Shown in pieces: positions 28,609-45,155 of a stretch of 64,000 nt of DNA. Origin of the DNA: the human T2T-CHM13v2.0 reference genome, Homo sapiens; assembly GCF_009914755.1 (NCBI RefSeq), contig NC_060947.1. One strand, given 5' to 3'. The number at the start of each line of letters is the position of its first letter. The stretch's first letter is position 1. The notes beneath the pieces are model-generated. The model saw only the letters and a program-made list of their open reading frames with translations, was not told the DNA's origin and did no database searches. The position numbers and the translations under genes were made by a program.

Positions 28609-28946
28609 CGATATGGTTTGGCAGTGTCCCCACCCAAATCTCATCTTGAATTCCTACATGTTGTGGGAAGGACCTCGTGGGAGGTAATTGAATCATGGGG
28701 GCAGGTCCTTCCCATGCTGTTCTCGTGATAGTAAATTAGTCTCATGAGATCTGATGGTTTTATAAAGGGGACTTTCTTTGCCTTCTGCCATTCATGTAAG
28801 ATGTGACTTGCTCCTCCTTGCCTTCTGCCAAGATTGTGAGGCCTCCCCAGCTGTGTGGAACTGTAAGTCCATTAAATCCTTTTTCCTGTATAAATGACCC
28901 AGTCTCATGTATGTCTTTATCAGCAGCATGAAAACCGACTAATATG
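28609..28946 (+). mobile_element. THE1 (A/B-like) solo LTR
   Basis: GATATGGTTTGGCAGTGTCCCCACCCAAATCTC...CAGCAGCATGAAAACCGACTAATA with TSD TAGTA/AAGTA. Confidence 0.9.
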
Positions 28947-30284
28947 AAGTAATTTTTCCAATAATAAATGAGAGTTAGCATCTATTCATAAGTGTATTTG
29001 ACATACAGATGTTCTGTGAACTGTCTATTATTTTTTAAACTTTAAAAATATTTTCCTGTTAGGTTATTTTTATTTTGTTCTATTGATAGGTAAATATTTT
29101 TCTTAAATTATGACATAAATCCTTTATTGTTTTAGTATTGCAAATATACTATCTGAGCCTATGTCTTTTCTTTGTTTATGAAGTCTTTGCATTGTACAGG
29201 TTTTTAATTAAAATGATCAAATATATGTCTTTTTCTTTACAATTTTTGCTTTGTGCTGTTGCTTAAGGGACACCTCTTTTGCCCTACATGCCCCAAAATA
29301 TTTTTATATATTTTAATGCTTTGCCTTTCATGTTTAGGCAATCCATCAATTTACCATTTTTATGTTTATGTACAGTGTGAGATAGGGATCTAATTCTTAT
29401 GTTTAATAAAATTTTAAATGGTACTTCTGTCTGTCATACATGTCATATATTATACTCTTACACAATAAGAATACCACCTCTCAATACATTCGAATACATT
29501 AGATTTTTTTTTTCTTGGTAACAAAATTCCTGGAGCACTATTTTCTTCTCCAATCTGTACAGGTTTCTCTCTACAACTGTTATACAGCTGTTGTTACAGG
29601 ATCTCCTCCACCATCTTTCTGGCACCACTTTGCATCTTCCTCCCACGTTGGGTTCTCTGTTTTCCGGATCCTAGGCTTTGCAGGTAATACTAATGCTCCA
29701 ATATTTTCCTAATTCTCTTACCTCTCTTAAAAATATTAGTGATTATAATCCCCTGTCCCCTCAGAGTTAGGCATGACCACGTGACTTCCTTTGGATGATG
29801 AAGTGAAATGAAAATGACATATATCACTCCTACATAGAGGCATGTAAGAGTCAGTTTAAAATTTTCCACGCATTTTTGACTGACATGGTGAACGCTAAAG
29901 CTTCTTATTGTTACGGTAGAATGATAGAATACTAGAGACTGAATCAGCTTAGATTCCTGAGTGACTACAATGATCAGAACCCTTGACTGACTTGTGTTGG
30001 ATATGTTGCAAAGATACAAAATCAACCTTTGTGTTTCTAGCCACTAATATTTTGGAATTGCTTATTATTGCAGCATAACAAGGCGAATCATGCCTAAAAC
30101 ACTCTCCTTCTGATCTCCAATCACAACTAAACATTCTTTGTCTTTCTTGGTTTCTTTCTTCACTTGGTAGAGTATATTTTTGAAAATAGATTTCTGGGGA
30201 AAAAAGGTTTAGGGGAGTACATAAGGCTATCTCTGAAAATTATTTTCTCCGCACAATTTATAGTTTATCAGGGTGTACAATTTA

Positions 30285-30589
30285 TATATTGTTGAATAAC
30301 AAGTCATTCCAAAATTTAGCAGCTTAAAAACAAAAATGTTTATTATTTGGCAGTTTCTGAAGGTCAAGAATCTGAGAGTGGCTTAGCAGGGTGGGACTGG
30401 CATAGCTTATTTTATGAGGTTGTAGTTAAGCTGTTGTCTATGCTTGCAGCCTCTCGAGATTTGTCTGGTGTTAAATGATGCACTTCTAAGCTCATTCTTG
30501 TGGCTCTTTGCAGGAGGCCTTAGTTTCTCAGCATACGTGCATCTCCATAGGGCTGCTCATGACATGTGTTCCCACAGAAGAAGCAATGC

Positions 30590-30629
<40 letters not shown>

Positions 30630-30810
30630 CACAGAGAGAGATAGGCGTGGATGGAGAACACAAGACATAAACCACAGTCTTTCTACAACCTACACTTGGA
30701 AATGACATATCATCACAAAAGAGTCACTGAATCTAGTCCACACTCAATGACAGGGACATTTAGCTGTAACTCTTGAATAGAAGAGCATCACAGAATTTGT
30801 GAACATAATT
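30285..30810 (-). mobile_element. MLT1-type LTR containing (GA)n at 30592-30641
   Basis: aaaatttagcagcttaaaa...cagtttctgaaggtcaagaatctgagagtggcttagc...gtccacactcaa. Confidence 0.7.
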
Positions 30811-31165
30811 TCATATAGGATATGAAATCAAAGCCAAAGTTAATTATTCCTAGAAGTTTAAAGGAAGTGTTCCTTTCTGCTATTTTCCATGGCTATTGCT
30901 GAAAAGTCCAAAGCCATTCTGATTTCTGATCTGTGAACTTCTCTTTGTCCTTGTTTTTGTAAAAATTTATGATGATGAGCCTTGGTGTAGATTTTTAGCT
31001 CATTTGCTGTGCTGGGCATTTAGTAAGCCCTTTAAACCTGGACACTCATTTTCTTCAGTTCTAAGAAAACTGATGTTGTCACTTCTTTGATAATTTTCTC
31101 TCCACAGTTGCCTCTCTTCTGTTTTATTTTTAACATCTATTATTTGAATGTTGGATTACATAGAA

Positions 31166-31372
31166 CAAGGTTTCTAAACATAAACACTATTGACACTTTG
31201 AAATGAGTAATTCTTGGTTGTGGATGGCTGCATGGTGCATTCCTCTTGCGTCACTCTTCACAAGAGGCCAGTAGTACATCCTTTCCTTATTTGTGACAAC
31301 GAAAAAGGTCTCCGTACATTGTCAAACGTCCTCTGCAGGACAAAATCACCTCTATTTGTGAAACACTTACCT
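31166..31372. mobile_element. MER20 DNA transposon MITE
   Basis: cactattgacacttt...gtgacaacgaaaaaggtctccgtacattgtcaaacgtcctctg...caaaatcacc. Confidence 0.75.
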
Positions 31373-31494
31373 AGAATGATCTTCTAAGATTCTTATACTC
31401 TCCCATTTTCCATGCTTTTGGCTATTTATACTGCTTTATGAGATATTTCTTCAAATTTATCTTCTACTTTTGAACTTTTATTTCTGCTCTTCAT

Positions 31495-31810
31495 TTTTAA
31501 TAGACTTGATTTTTTAAAGCAATTTTACATTTATAGCAAAATCGAGGGGAAAGTACAGAGATTTCCCGTATACTCTCTGGCCCCCTTCCTCATTACACAC
31601 AGCCTACCCCGCTATCAACATCCCACACCAGAGTGGTACATTTGTTATAACTGACTTACATACATTGATATATCATTAACACTCGAAGTCCATAGTTTAC
31701 ATTAGAGTTTGCTTGTGATGTTGTATCTTCTATGGGTTTGGACAAATATATAATGAAAGGTATCCACCATTATAGTATCACACAGAGTAGTTTCATTGCT
31801 CTAAAACTGC
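31495..31810 (-). mobile_element. L1MC-type 3' end
   Basis: gcaaaatcgaggggaaagtacagagatttccc...caccagagtggtacatttgtta...gtccatagtttacattag. Confidence 0.75.
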
Positions 31811-32375
31811 TATGCATACCATGTATGTTATTCCAGTGGTGGATATACTAAAAGCTCTGCCTTCACCACTATAAAATATATTCATATAACAAAATTACAC
31901 TGGTAACCCATAAATTTATACAATTAAGAATTTAAAAACTTAACCTGCTATACTATTAATTTAAATAACCCTTATCTTTCTCGGAAATACCACCTTCTAT
32001 AGTCTCTTGTTCTTTCTTATGAATACAGTGACTAGTCTCACTGTGAGATAATAATTTTATAGCTATCTTTAAAAAGTTTTCTTAAGGTCTATGCCTTGTC
32101 TCTCTTTCTGCAGAGATTTCTGTTTCATTTATGTGGCTATTGTTTTTTTCCCAATATTTCTGCTTTTTGTTTTTATGTTGGTTTCTGTCTTCCATCTTTG
32201 AGACATGTTCAAATATCTGGAAATCCTTGATTGTCTCTTAAAACTGAGGCATTAAATGCTTTTGGAAATTCCTTGTGCGTATGTAGGGCTTATACTTGGT
32301 GGGCTTCAATATATGGTCATTAGGCACAGATCTGGCTATTTCACTGGTGGATCATTACATATCATTAATTGTAGG

Positions 32376-32725
32376 TTACTATGATCTGAGTGTGTTCTTG
32401 CAAAATTTATACGTTGAAATCCTCACCCTCAAGGTGATGACATTAGGAAGTGGGGCCTTTGGAAGGTAATTAGGTCATAAGGCCAAAGCCATCCAGAATG
32501 AGAATAGTACCCTTACAAAAGAGGCCCAAGACAGTTCCCTTGGACCTGCTGCCTTGTGAGGTTACAGTGAGAAGACAGGAAATGAGCTTTCACCAGACAC
32601 CAAACCTGCCAGTGCCTTGATCTTGAACTTCCCAGCCTCCAGAACGGTGAGAAATAAAGGTCTGTTGTTTATAAGGCATCCAGTCTATGGTATTTTGTTA
32701 TAGCAATAAAACTTGACTAAAAATA
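32376..32725 (+). mobile_element. MLT1A-type solo LTR
   Basis: ttgaaatcctcaccctcaaggtgatg...ccttgatcttgaacttcccagcctccagaacggtgagaaataaa...ctatggtattttgttatagc. Confidence 0.85.
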
Positions 32726-35037
32726 GTTTTCGTATTGCAGGTAGGCTCTCAGGAGAATAAATTTATAATCTACTGCCCAGAGGATAGAAACTTAAGAGCC
32801 AAGAAGGTGAAGAGGGACTGCTGGTCTCACCATTAAATATGTTGACTTTAACTTAATCCTGTATTTTCAGTATGGTGGCTCTCTCTTCCATCAACTAATC
32901 CTGTTGTCCAAATGCCAAAAGTTGTTTCAGCCTCACCAGAAAGCAAACCACTCACTCACGTCTGCTGGGATGAGAGAGGAGTAGTGTCTAATTAACTACC
33001 CTGAGCTGGGGACATGAAATGTAATTGCCCCTTTTAAGGGATTCAAAACAACCCCTTTATTTCCAGCCCCTCTCGGGAATATATGGCCTTCTAAAACACC
33101 TAGCGTCTTCAATCCACAAGTTTTTCTGGGATCCTGAAAAACAAATTGGCTTACTTGTCCTAATTTTCATCTCATTGACTTGATATGTCTGTGCAGATGT
33201 CTCTTCTTCCATTTTATTTGTCATTTTATGACTGTATTGTTTTTATTCCCTTAGCGTAATCTTTGAACAATTTGGGAGAGAGAGAAGATAAATGTATGTT
33301 TTCGATTGTCATTTCTATTGGAGGTCCATGTTCACGTTTGTGTCTTGTTCTCTCTCCTCAGGTATCCTCATCTAGCATTTAGTAGTTGCATGTGCATCGC
33401 GTCCCGTGGTCTCCAGCCACCCCTTTAAGGTTTAAAGTTCTTGCACTGCAATGTTACTGGGGATAATTTCAATCCATTCATCAAGCAAGAGAACAGATGC
33501 AACACAGTTCCCAGCAGCAAGGCTATGTCTTTATTCTTACACCTACATAGGCCCATAAGTTTAGGCAAGCCATAGCATCAGGCTACAGCCTGAAGAAGCA
33601 CTTTTTCCCCAGGTTTTCTTTCACGAATGCAAGCACCACAGCCCAGCCTCTGGTTTTGAATACTGAGTTTGTCTCCAGTTCCACACCTTGCTTGAAGCAA
33701 TTTTAATCCCAACTATCCCGCAGCATCCAAATTCCTGGCTTCCACTGTTGTTTTGTGGTTCAGTGTCAAGTCTGTCAGGGACTTCCGCCCCATTCTCTGC
33801 TTTACATTTCTGTAAATATATTTCTGTAAATACACATCATGATTTGATATGTATTTGATTATCTTGTCATCAACATATATTTCTGTAAATACAGTTCTGT
33901 AAATATATCCTTTTTTATTTTCTATTTTTTCATTGCTGTATTTTGGGAGCAGATGAGGATAACACTTGGATTAGAAATCTCTAATCATTTTGCATTGGTT
34001 TTTATAATAGGTACCAGCATAACGTATATTTTTCCATAAGGCATATACCCAATAGAGGGACCACTATTTTATAGCCTTAAGTGGAAGCTCTGTTATGAGA
34101 CATATGTGTCTCAACCCAGCCGGTTCTATACAGTTTACAAGACCAGGTAGATCATCATGCTCCCCAGAGAGACCCAAGATAAGATGATTAGGGTTATTTT
34201 TCTAGCACATAAAATAGACTTCCTTTTCTGACATGGAGGCCTGAATCCTAACCAAATTTCCTTGGTAACTGCAACAAGAACTGTCTACATATTGTTCCAA
34301 TTCCACCTTCAGTCCTTCAGGGAACAGTGTCTGGTGTGTGGCCTATGTAACATTACACAGCACTCTGGAGATTCCACAGATCTGCAGGCCTAGTAACAAA
34401 AAGAGAAGTTCAACTAACCAATCAACCAACAAGGATCACTCTGGGCCACCTAAGTCCTGTTACAGAAGACAAAGTAATGATCAGTCTCATCACTCCCCTC
34501 CTTTAAACTTCAGTGTCCTTGGTACTAATAACACTCATGTTGGAAATAAAGCCAATAGAATCATTCTGCATATGCTTTATTACCTGAAATACCACCTTTA
34601 ACATTACCCTCTGATGACTTTTTAACAGTTAACTTCAATGTCTAGCACGTTGCTATATGTCTATTTTTTTTCAATAATGGAAGCACTAGAAGGGAAATGG
34701 CATTATTATGTACACGAAAGATTTATATACAAAGAGTATGTAACTTATTTTATTTGTTAATACTTTTGCTACTTTTCCAAATAAGAAAAGGTAAAACATG
34801 CACCCTATAAAATCACATGGAACATTTTGGTTAAAAATGCTTCTGTGTGTTCTAAAACATTATAATACTTCATTTCTTGAGGGTTGGATTCTCTTATCAT
34901 CAATAATAATATCATGTAGTTAGAACGCATTGGCATAGATATATAATCATTTTATGGGTCCGTGAAATGAGGATAGAATTGGGAGGTCACAATTTTTGTA
35001 GCAATATTTTTGTTATTGTTAGTTTTTTTGTGGTACT

Positions 35038-35242
35038 GAAAAGAAAGCAAGCGAAGAAAGCAAGGAAAGCAAAGGAACGCAAAGGAAAAGGAAAAGGAAA
35101 AGGAACAGAAGGAAAGGAAAGGAAGAAGGAAGGAAGGAAGGAAGAAACAAAAGAAAGGAAAGGAAAGCAGAAGTAAAGAAAAGAAAGAAAAAAAGAAAAA
35201 CCAAGCAAGCAGGCAGACAGGCAGACAGGCAGGCAAGCAAGC
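35038..35242. repeat. Purine-rich compound simple repeat (GAAA/GGAA, then GCAA/CAGG)
   Basis: About 200 bp of near-homopurine sequence on the plus strand. Confidence 0.9.
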
Positions 35243-35581
35243 TAGTTAAGTAAGATTTTAGATAAGGAAATAAATAGGAATAAATAGGAGATGAAATTAT
35301 ATGATCCTAGGGCTAGGGTAAAGAAAAGAGCAAAAAGGCCATAAAATCTTTCTGTAGCGTAATAATAAAAATAACTTCAAAAGTGCTTGGGTTGATGATA
35401 GCCTGACAAGGATTAGCTTGGGTACATACCAATTAAAGACAGCTGGTCTAGAAGCTGGTTTCACATGATGCTACAGTAAACTGGTAAAGCAAGTATTAAA
35501 ACCTAAGGAACAAACTCTCCTGTGATATTTACTGGCTCAACATCTTAAGGATAAAAGACAATTATATGATGTTAATTAAGA

Positions 35582-35920
35582 CAGTGCTATGCTGGTAAAT
35601 GTCTAACAATCAGATCCCCTGAGAGGAAGGACATATTTGAATATTCCCAGTATGTTTAATTTTAAGCTATCATTATAATGTCACCAAACATGAAGTTAGC
35701 ACTACACCATTATACAGTCATTCCATTATACAGGTAACAAACCCGTAGATAATAGTGAAATATAATAAAAGAATTAGGTAGTGATGACTTTTGTGCATCT
35801 AGTACATTTGTGAACAATATATTTCATTTAATGTAAGTTACCATAATTTAATTTTTGATAATGGTTGTGTTTAACAGATCTCAAAATTCTTGAAAATTTA
35901 ACAAGTATTTCCAGCACATC
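35582..35920. mobile_element. MER63-like hAT element
   Basis: cagtgctatgctggtaaatgtctaacaa...gaaaatttaacaa...ccagcaca, with inverted-terminus similarity. Confidence 0.55.
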
Positions 35921-36102
35921 GACTCAAGTTAAACATTAGTTTATCACAATGTACACAAAAGAAGAGGTTCTTATCAGTACCTATCCCATACATCATTAAT
36001 TTTTCCTATTCTTCTCAGGTATTAGTTTATATAAAATTTTGTTTTCTCTTTGAAAATAAGGAGTCTTGCATTTGTATGAAAATTCTAACAAGAGGAACGA
36101 AC

Positions 36103-38999
<2,897 letters not shown>

Positions 39000-39706
39000 T
39001 CACAACCAGCACCACCTAATGTCAGGCATTGGAATTGCATATGTAGAGCCCAGAATTGGTTTTCCACGTACTTCAGAGTCAAATGTGAAGCTAAATGCAC
39101 ACACACCCACACACCCTACAGATATGGCCAGGACCCACCCCAGACCAAATAACCAGGATATCTAATTTATTTTTATAGCCATGTAGGTAATTTAAATTCA
39201 GTTGTTGAACCAAGTTTGAAAACGATTGTCAAAGAAAGAGGTATTACTGTAATTCTGATTTTAAAATTTTACATCATGAAAATCTTCAAAGACATATATA
39301 AGTAAAGAGAACAGTATATTATGGACCCCCATGCACCTGTCACCACCTTGAGCAATTATCAACATTTGCGAATCTTGTTTAATCTTCCTCCATTGCTCTT
39401 TATATTAAAAATAATTTCCTTGGAAGTTTGTCAAAACAAAACCCACGAATCACATTACTTCACCTGAAAATACTTTGGCATGTATCTAGAATTTCTCTTT
39501 AAATAGCACAATCTATTATAGTAGCAATAAATGCCAAAAATCGTTAAGTATTTCTTTTAAATATTGAGCCAGATATGATGGTAGTTGCTGCAGATGTGAA
39601 AAACCTTAGTGACAATTATTTTTTAATTTTATCTTACATAAAGCCAGTTAGATTCAGAGACACATTTGGTCAAACTTTGTCCTTGACATATAAATAGTGT
39701 TTCTTT

Positions 39707-39769
39707 CCTAAACTTTCCATTATCTGGTTAATTTCTCCTAAACTTTCCATTATCTGGATAATTTCTCCT
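39707..39769. repeat. 30-bp tandem duplication (1 mismatch)
   Basis: CCTAAACTTTCCATTATCTGG[T/A]TAATTTCT twice. Confidence 0.9.
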
Positions 39770-41684
39770 CATTTTTTAGAACTCAATTCAAGGATCATCT
39801 CACCCGGATCCTTCCAGACTGAGACCCCCAAACTGTGTTAGACAGTCCTGCTTTGGTATATGCCTAGCTCCCAAGGCAGACATGAACTGAGGACTCGTCA
39901 CTGTGCATTAAAACTGTGAGTTCATAATTCCTTTCTGTATATATAAATACAGAAATCAGGGTTTATATGTTATTCAGTTTTATATTTCTAGCCCTCAGAA
40001 TCATAGTAGGGTCACACTAATCTTTGTTGAATGAATAATGAGTCTATGAATGACCAGTTTGACAGAGTTTAAGTGTGGATGTCAAGGATAAATGAAGAAA
40101 TTAGCCAAGTCTGCTAATATGAAGATGTATATTTAAATGAGAAGATTTTATAATCTTACACTTTCATAATTATGACCACATTGATTTGAAGGTTTTATGA
40201 AGAGAAAGAGGTTATACTAATTATTTGAGCTGTTTCTTTTCATAAGTGATTGTGGTCAGCCAAAATTAAACAATGATGCTACGAAGAAAGATTAAGGAAG
40301 GATATTATCAAACAGCCCCAAACCTGCCAGTCCTTCATGGTTTCACTGTAAATGCTCAGGTACAGCCAATACTTATATATGAATTTTAATAATCAATATT
40401 TAATGAAAATGCCGTTCTTAAATTTATCTCATATTTGTGGTAGAGGAGATTTACAAAAAAGGCATTGTTAACATTAGTTAAAACACTTATACAACTGTTG
40501 TTAAATAAAACTTCTGAAGTCATATAGTTATTTATTTACTTGTATAAACCATCTTATCATATTCTTTTTTGGAGCTGTTTACATATCTTTTAATCTCTGA
40601 ACTAAGAAATTAAAATTGTATTTGACAACAATTAGTGACTCAAATTATAATTAAAATATATGTTGTTACACACCTCGACAAGCAAGCACTCAGAAACCCA
40701 CTTTATATTCTGTTTCTATTAGGATACTAATTATGGCACTATTCCAAAAAAAAAAACAAAGAAACAAAGTAATTAACTCATTGCAAACACAATACTATTA
40801 ATTTTAACTCCTTGGTTCTCAATAAAATTTGAGCTAGTAACCACGTAATTAATTATTAATTGCTCAGTGCACTCCACTATGCCAAGTTAATTATCAAGAA
40901 TAACTTGGTGCGACTTTTATTATGAATGGATAATTACAACCTTGTTTTTCTAGAATTATCAGGATTTTAAACATGAAAATAATAATGAAGGTAAAGATAT
41001 AGGCATTGCTCTTAAATATGCTGATATGCTAATCATTATGAAATAATAGGATGTTCATTTTTATAATAGTATCATTCTTATATAGGGACCAAGACAGGAT
41101 AGAAAAGTACTTAGAAAGTACTAAGCTAAACAAATAAGTTAACAAAGGATGAATCTTTTATATATAATGATATATATTCGTGAAGTGAAAGGCCAATTCT
41201 TAGTTAGACATTAGTTTTATTCCAGCCTAGGAGAATTCTCATTCATTCCCATGCTCTACCATAAGAATTACAAATATCTAAGTACATGTATGTATAAACA
41301 TTTGCTGAACCTATTTTGGTTATGCATTAAATAATCTTTAAATGTGAACACAACAGTAAAACATATGTTTTGTTTTCATCAATTTTATTTCAGTTACTGA
41401 GTCAGAACTGCCCAACTGAATAAAGTTTTGTAAACATATAGCTTTATAGTTCCTTAAATCTAAATCTACTCTAATTTTCAAAGCACAAAAAAATACAAAG
41501 CTTATCAAATATCCTACTAAAATGTTCCTTTGAATCTATGGTCTCCCATTTGTTTGGTGATCAAGAGCTACTGTTCATAATTTCAAAGAATCTTGAAATA
41601 ACAAAGTGGAAAAGTGCTTGAGGAAGAGACCAGGATACACTGACAAGTAGCTCAGAGTGCTAATGGCAAGGGTCAGAATCATAG

Positions 41685-41820
41685 CTGTATTATGCCTATT
41701 TTACTTATGAGAAAATTGAGGTTCAGCTAAAACTTGCCAAAAATTCACACAATCAGAGATTGATGGAGCCACGATTCAAACTCAGGTCAATCTAATTCCA
41801 AAGCCAAGCTCTTAACTGTG
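41685..41820 (-). mobile_element. MIR SINE
   Basis: cctattttacttatgagaaaattgaggttcag...ggagccacgattcaaactcagg...ccaaagcc. Confidence 0.65.
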
Positions 41821-43010
41821 TCTGAGACTCACTTATCCCTGGAAAAGCTACAAATCTGGCTTTCTCCTGTCAATATTCGACACAAAATGAAGGCAACCTT
41901 TATACAAGTGGCTTTTATTTCTTTCTATTCTTGTCCTTGGTTCAAGGATCGAACACTCAAGGAGACCTAAATATTTTGGAATAGGAGCCAGGATAACCTG
42001 CCCTCAGAGATGCTTCCTTGGCTGCATCACCTAGCCATAAGTACTCCCTTTTTGCAGGAAAACTTGCAACCCTAGAACCATACCATACCAAACTTCCTTC
42101 ATTTTCTGATTAAAACTATTTTGTACATAATGTCCCACTTTTTTTGCATCACAAACGCCTTGAACCATTAAGTACACAAGTATATTCCTGGGAAGATGAA
42201 TTAAGGTCTTCATCTTGTTCTTAGAAAGTATGTGTTTATTTTCTGATAGCAGAAATAATAATACTTTATAGTTTTATAGAATCTTCTCAATGGAGGATTT
42301 TTAGGAGCTTCACATGTATATTACTGATTGCGGAGTGTTTTTATTGCATATATCTCAGTGGGAGTATTGGAAATGGGTTTTTCAACATTTAAATATATGC
42401 CATTTAAAAAATCCCACTTCCTCTTCTGCTTACAATCTATTCTCTGTCTTCAAAGTGATAATATTCACTTAATGTCGACTTTGGAAACACATAATAAAAA
42501 TGGTAAATGTGGATTTTCCTCACTCTCTTTTTAGCTAATATTGTGGCAAATGTCTTCTTCCCTTTGTAAGCAATATTTTCTCTCTTTTCTATTAAGCTTT
42601 ATTTGCCTAGTTTAGCAGGTTTTATTTTTCTCCTGCTTATCGTATTCCTATCCATGCGGGTCAAAAGGAAATTAATGAGCTCTTGTTTCCTCTGACACAA
42701 AACATTTTTCTTGGTACACAGTTCTGCCTCCCCAGTGTTTTCACTCTGGACATGACGGAAACAGTGAAAAGCAATAGGAGATGGGAGAAGGCATTGCATT
42801 CGCAATCAACATATGGTCAGCCACTTCCAATGAGTTTTCAGCACTGATGAACACTATCACTGCTGTCTTAAGCTTATGCTGGTGTCCATTACTGTCCACT
42901 GGCTGCTTTGTGAAACTACATCTCCTGGCTTTCTTCATACCTCGATGGTTTTTGTGCTCCTTTTCAGGGTTATTCCTTACCCAGTCACTAAATGCATTAA
43001 AAGTACCTCA

Positions 43011-43351
43011 TAAAACAGGATGACTTCATGTCCTTTGCAGGGACATGGATGAAGCTGGAAACCATCATTCTTAGCAAACTAACACAGGAACAGAAAATGA
43101 AACACTGCATGGACTCACTCGTAAGTGGGAGTGGAACAGTGAGAACACATGGACACAGGGAGGGGAACAACACACACTGGTGCCTGTTGGGGGTGGGGGG
43201 CTAGGGTAGGGATAGCATTAGGAGAAATACCTAATGTAGATGACGGGTTGATGGGTGCAGCAAACCACCATAGCACGTGTATACCTATGTAACAAACCTG
43301 CACGTTCTGCACCTGTATCCCAGAACGTAAAGTATAATAATAATTAAAAAA
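43011..43351 (+). mobile_element. Short L1PA7/8-like 3' fragment inserted into an L2 relic
   Basis: ORF2 end, 3'UTR and A-tail. TSD AAAAGTACCTCA / AAAAGTTCCTCA. Confidence 0.9.
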
Positions 43352-43836
43352 AAAAGTTCCTCAAAGATTTGTCCTGATCAATCTTCTACCTACAGTCTCT
43401 CTTTAGGTTATTGCACCCACTCACATAACTTTAAATATTATTTACATGCCTAGGTATCCCACGTATGTATCTTGGTCACAGATATTTCATCCACGTTTCA
43501 TGTAGATGTTTCAGATGTATCTCAAATTGAATATAAATCTAGAAAGGTCTCCACCTCCAAATCTGCCCCTTCTTTTCTGTTCTCCAGCTCAATATTATCT
43601 AATATGCTCAGGGATCATCCCTGACACTTCACTGTCTTTCAACTCCACTTTCAAATCTGTCAAAAGTTGCTACTAATAGCTCCATTAACATAAGTATCAA
43701 AGACATGTTTATTTCCACTTCCATTGCCATCTCAAGGCTTGGTCTATGCTTTGGTATTCTAAGTGGCCATTCTGTTTTCAGGGAGGTTCCCTAAAGTACA
43801 TTGTTTTCAGCAAAAACAATGATTATGTCACTACCT

Positions 43837-44172
43837 TGCTGGGTGAGGTGGCTCATATCTGTAATCCCACCATTTTAAGAGGATGAGGCGGGAGGATTGC
43901 TTGGGCCCAGTAATCCAAGATCAGCCTTAGAAACTTAGAAACGTAACAAGACCCTGTCTCTTCAAAATAATTGTTTAAAGTTAGCCAGGCATAGTGGCAA
44001 ATGCCTGTAGTAGTCCCAGCTACCCAGGAAGCTGAGGTAGGAGGGTGATATGGGAGGATTGCTTGAGCCCAAGGAGTTCAAGGCTGCAGTGAGCCGTGAT
44101 CATGTCACTGCACTCCAGCCTGGGCAACAGAGTGAGATTGTGTCTTGAAATAAATAAATAAGTAAAACAAAA
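43837..44172 (+). mobile_element. AluJ-like element
   Basis: ggaggattgcttgggcccag, gagttcaaggctgcagtgagc and a (TAAA)n tail, with several small internal duplications. Confidence 0.9.
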
Positions 44173-44732
44173 TTTAAGAATCAAAAAATAAACTTGTAAT
44201 GGTTTTCCGTTGCACTTAGATAAAATCTATACTTATTTTTGTGGCCTACAATGACTTGTACAACGTAAAACTTGCCACGCTCTCCCTCTCTCACCATACC
44301 CCATACACAAGGGCTTTCTTTTAGAATTTCGAACATTCCAAGATCTCTACCAACATCTCAAGACTTTGTTCATGTGACTCCCTACACTCTTTACTGAGTT
44401 GCAGGTCTCTGCTTCAATACTTTTCCTCACAGATAATTACTCTCAGTCTCTAGACTGCAGCATTTCTTTTTGTTAGAATATCTCATAGCTCCTTATACTT
44501 TTCATTCATAGCACCTACTGCGGCTTGTAAATATACACTCATGTATATGATTATTGCCTTAAAATACATTTTCCCCCACTAAACATTCAGCTCCAAAAAG
44601 GCAGAAACAATGTGTTCTTTGTTAATTTCTGTAGAGTTTTTGAGACAGGATCAGAATTACTATATGTTGAATAAATGAATACAGAAATAAAAATAAAGAT
44701 TATGATGCCTTTGCTCACTGATATATAGTGCC

Positions 44733-45155
44733 ATATATATATATATATAAAAACATATATAAATAAATATATAAATATGTGTATATATAAATATATATAA
44801 ATACAAATATATAAATATATATATATATAAATATATATAAATATATAAATATATATATAAATATATATAAATATATAAATATATATAAATATATAAATAT
44901 ATATATAAATATATATAAATATATAAATATATATAAATATATATATAAATATATATAAATATATATATAAATATATATAAGTATATAAATATATATAAAT
45001 ATATATAAATATATAAATATATATAAATATATAAATATATAAAAATATATATAAATATATATAAATATATACATAAATATATATAGATATATAAATATAT
45101 ATATACATAAATATATATAAATATATATATGTTTGTGTGTGTATATATATTTATA
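44733..45155. repeat. About 420-bp AT-rich compound microsatellite (ATATAA / ATATATAA units)
   Basis: Directly visible. It is the source of the I/Y-rich pseudo-ORFs in the track. Confidence 0.97.

Noticed and set aside
31364-31400. Minus-strand TAG|GTAAGT resembling a recursive splice site
   Set aside because: There is no polypyrimidine tract upstream, and it sits at the edge of a MER20.
34952-35240. F/S/L-rich and K/E/R-rich ORFs
   Set aside because: Low-complexity purine repeat.
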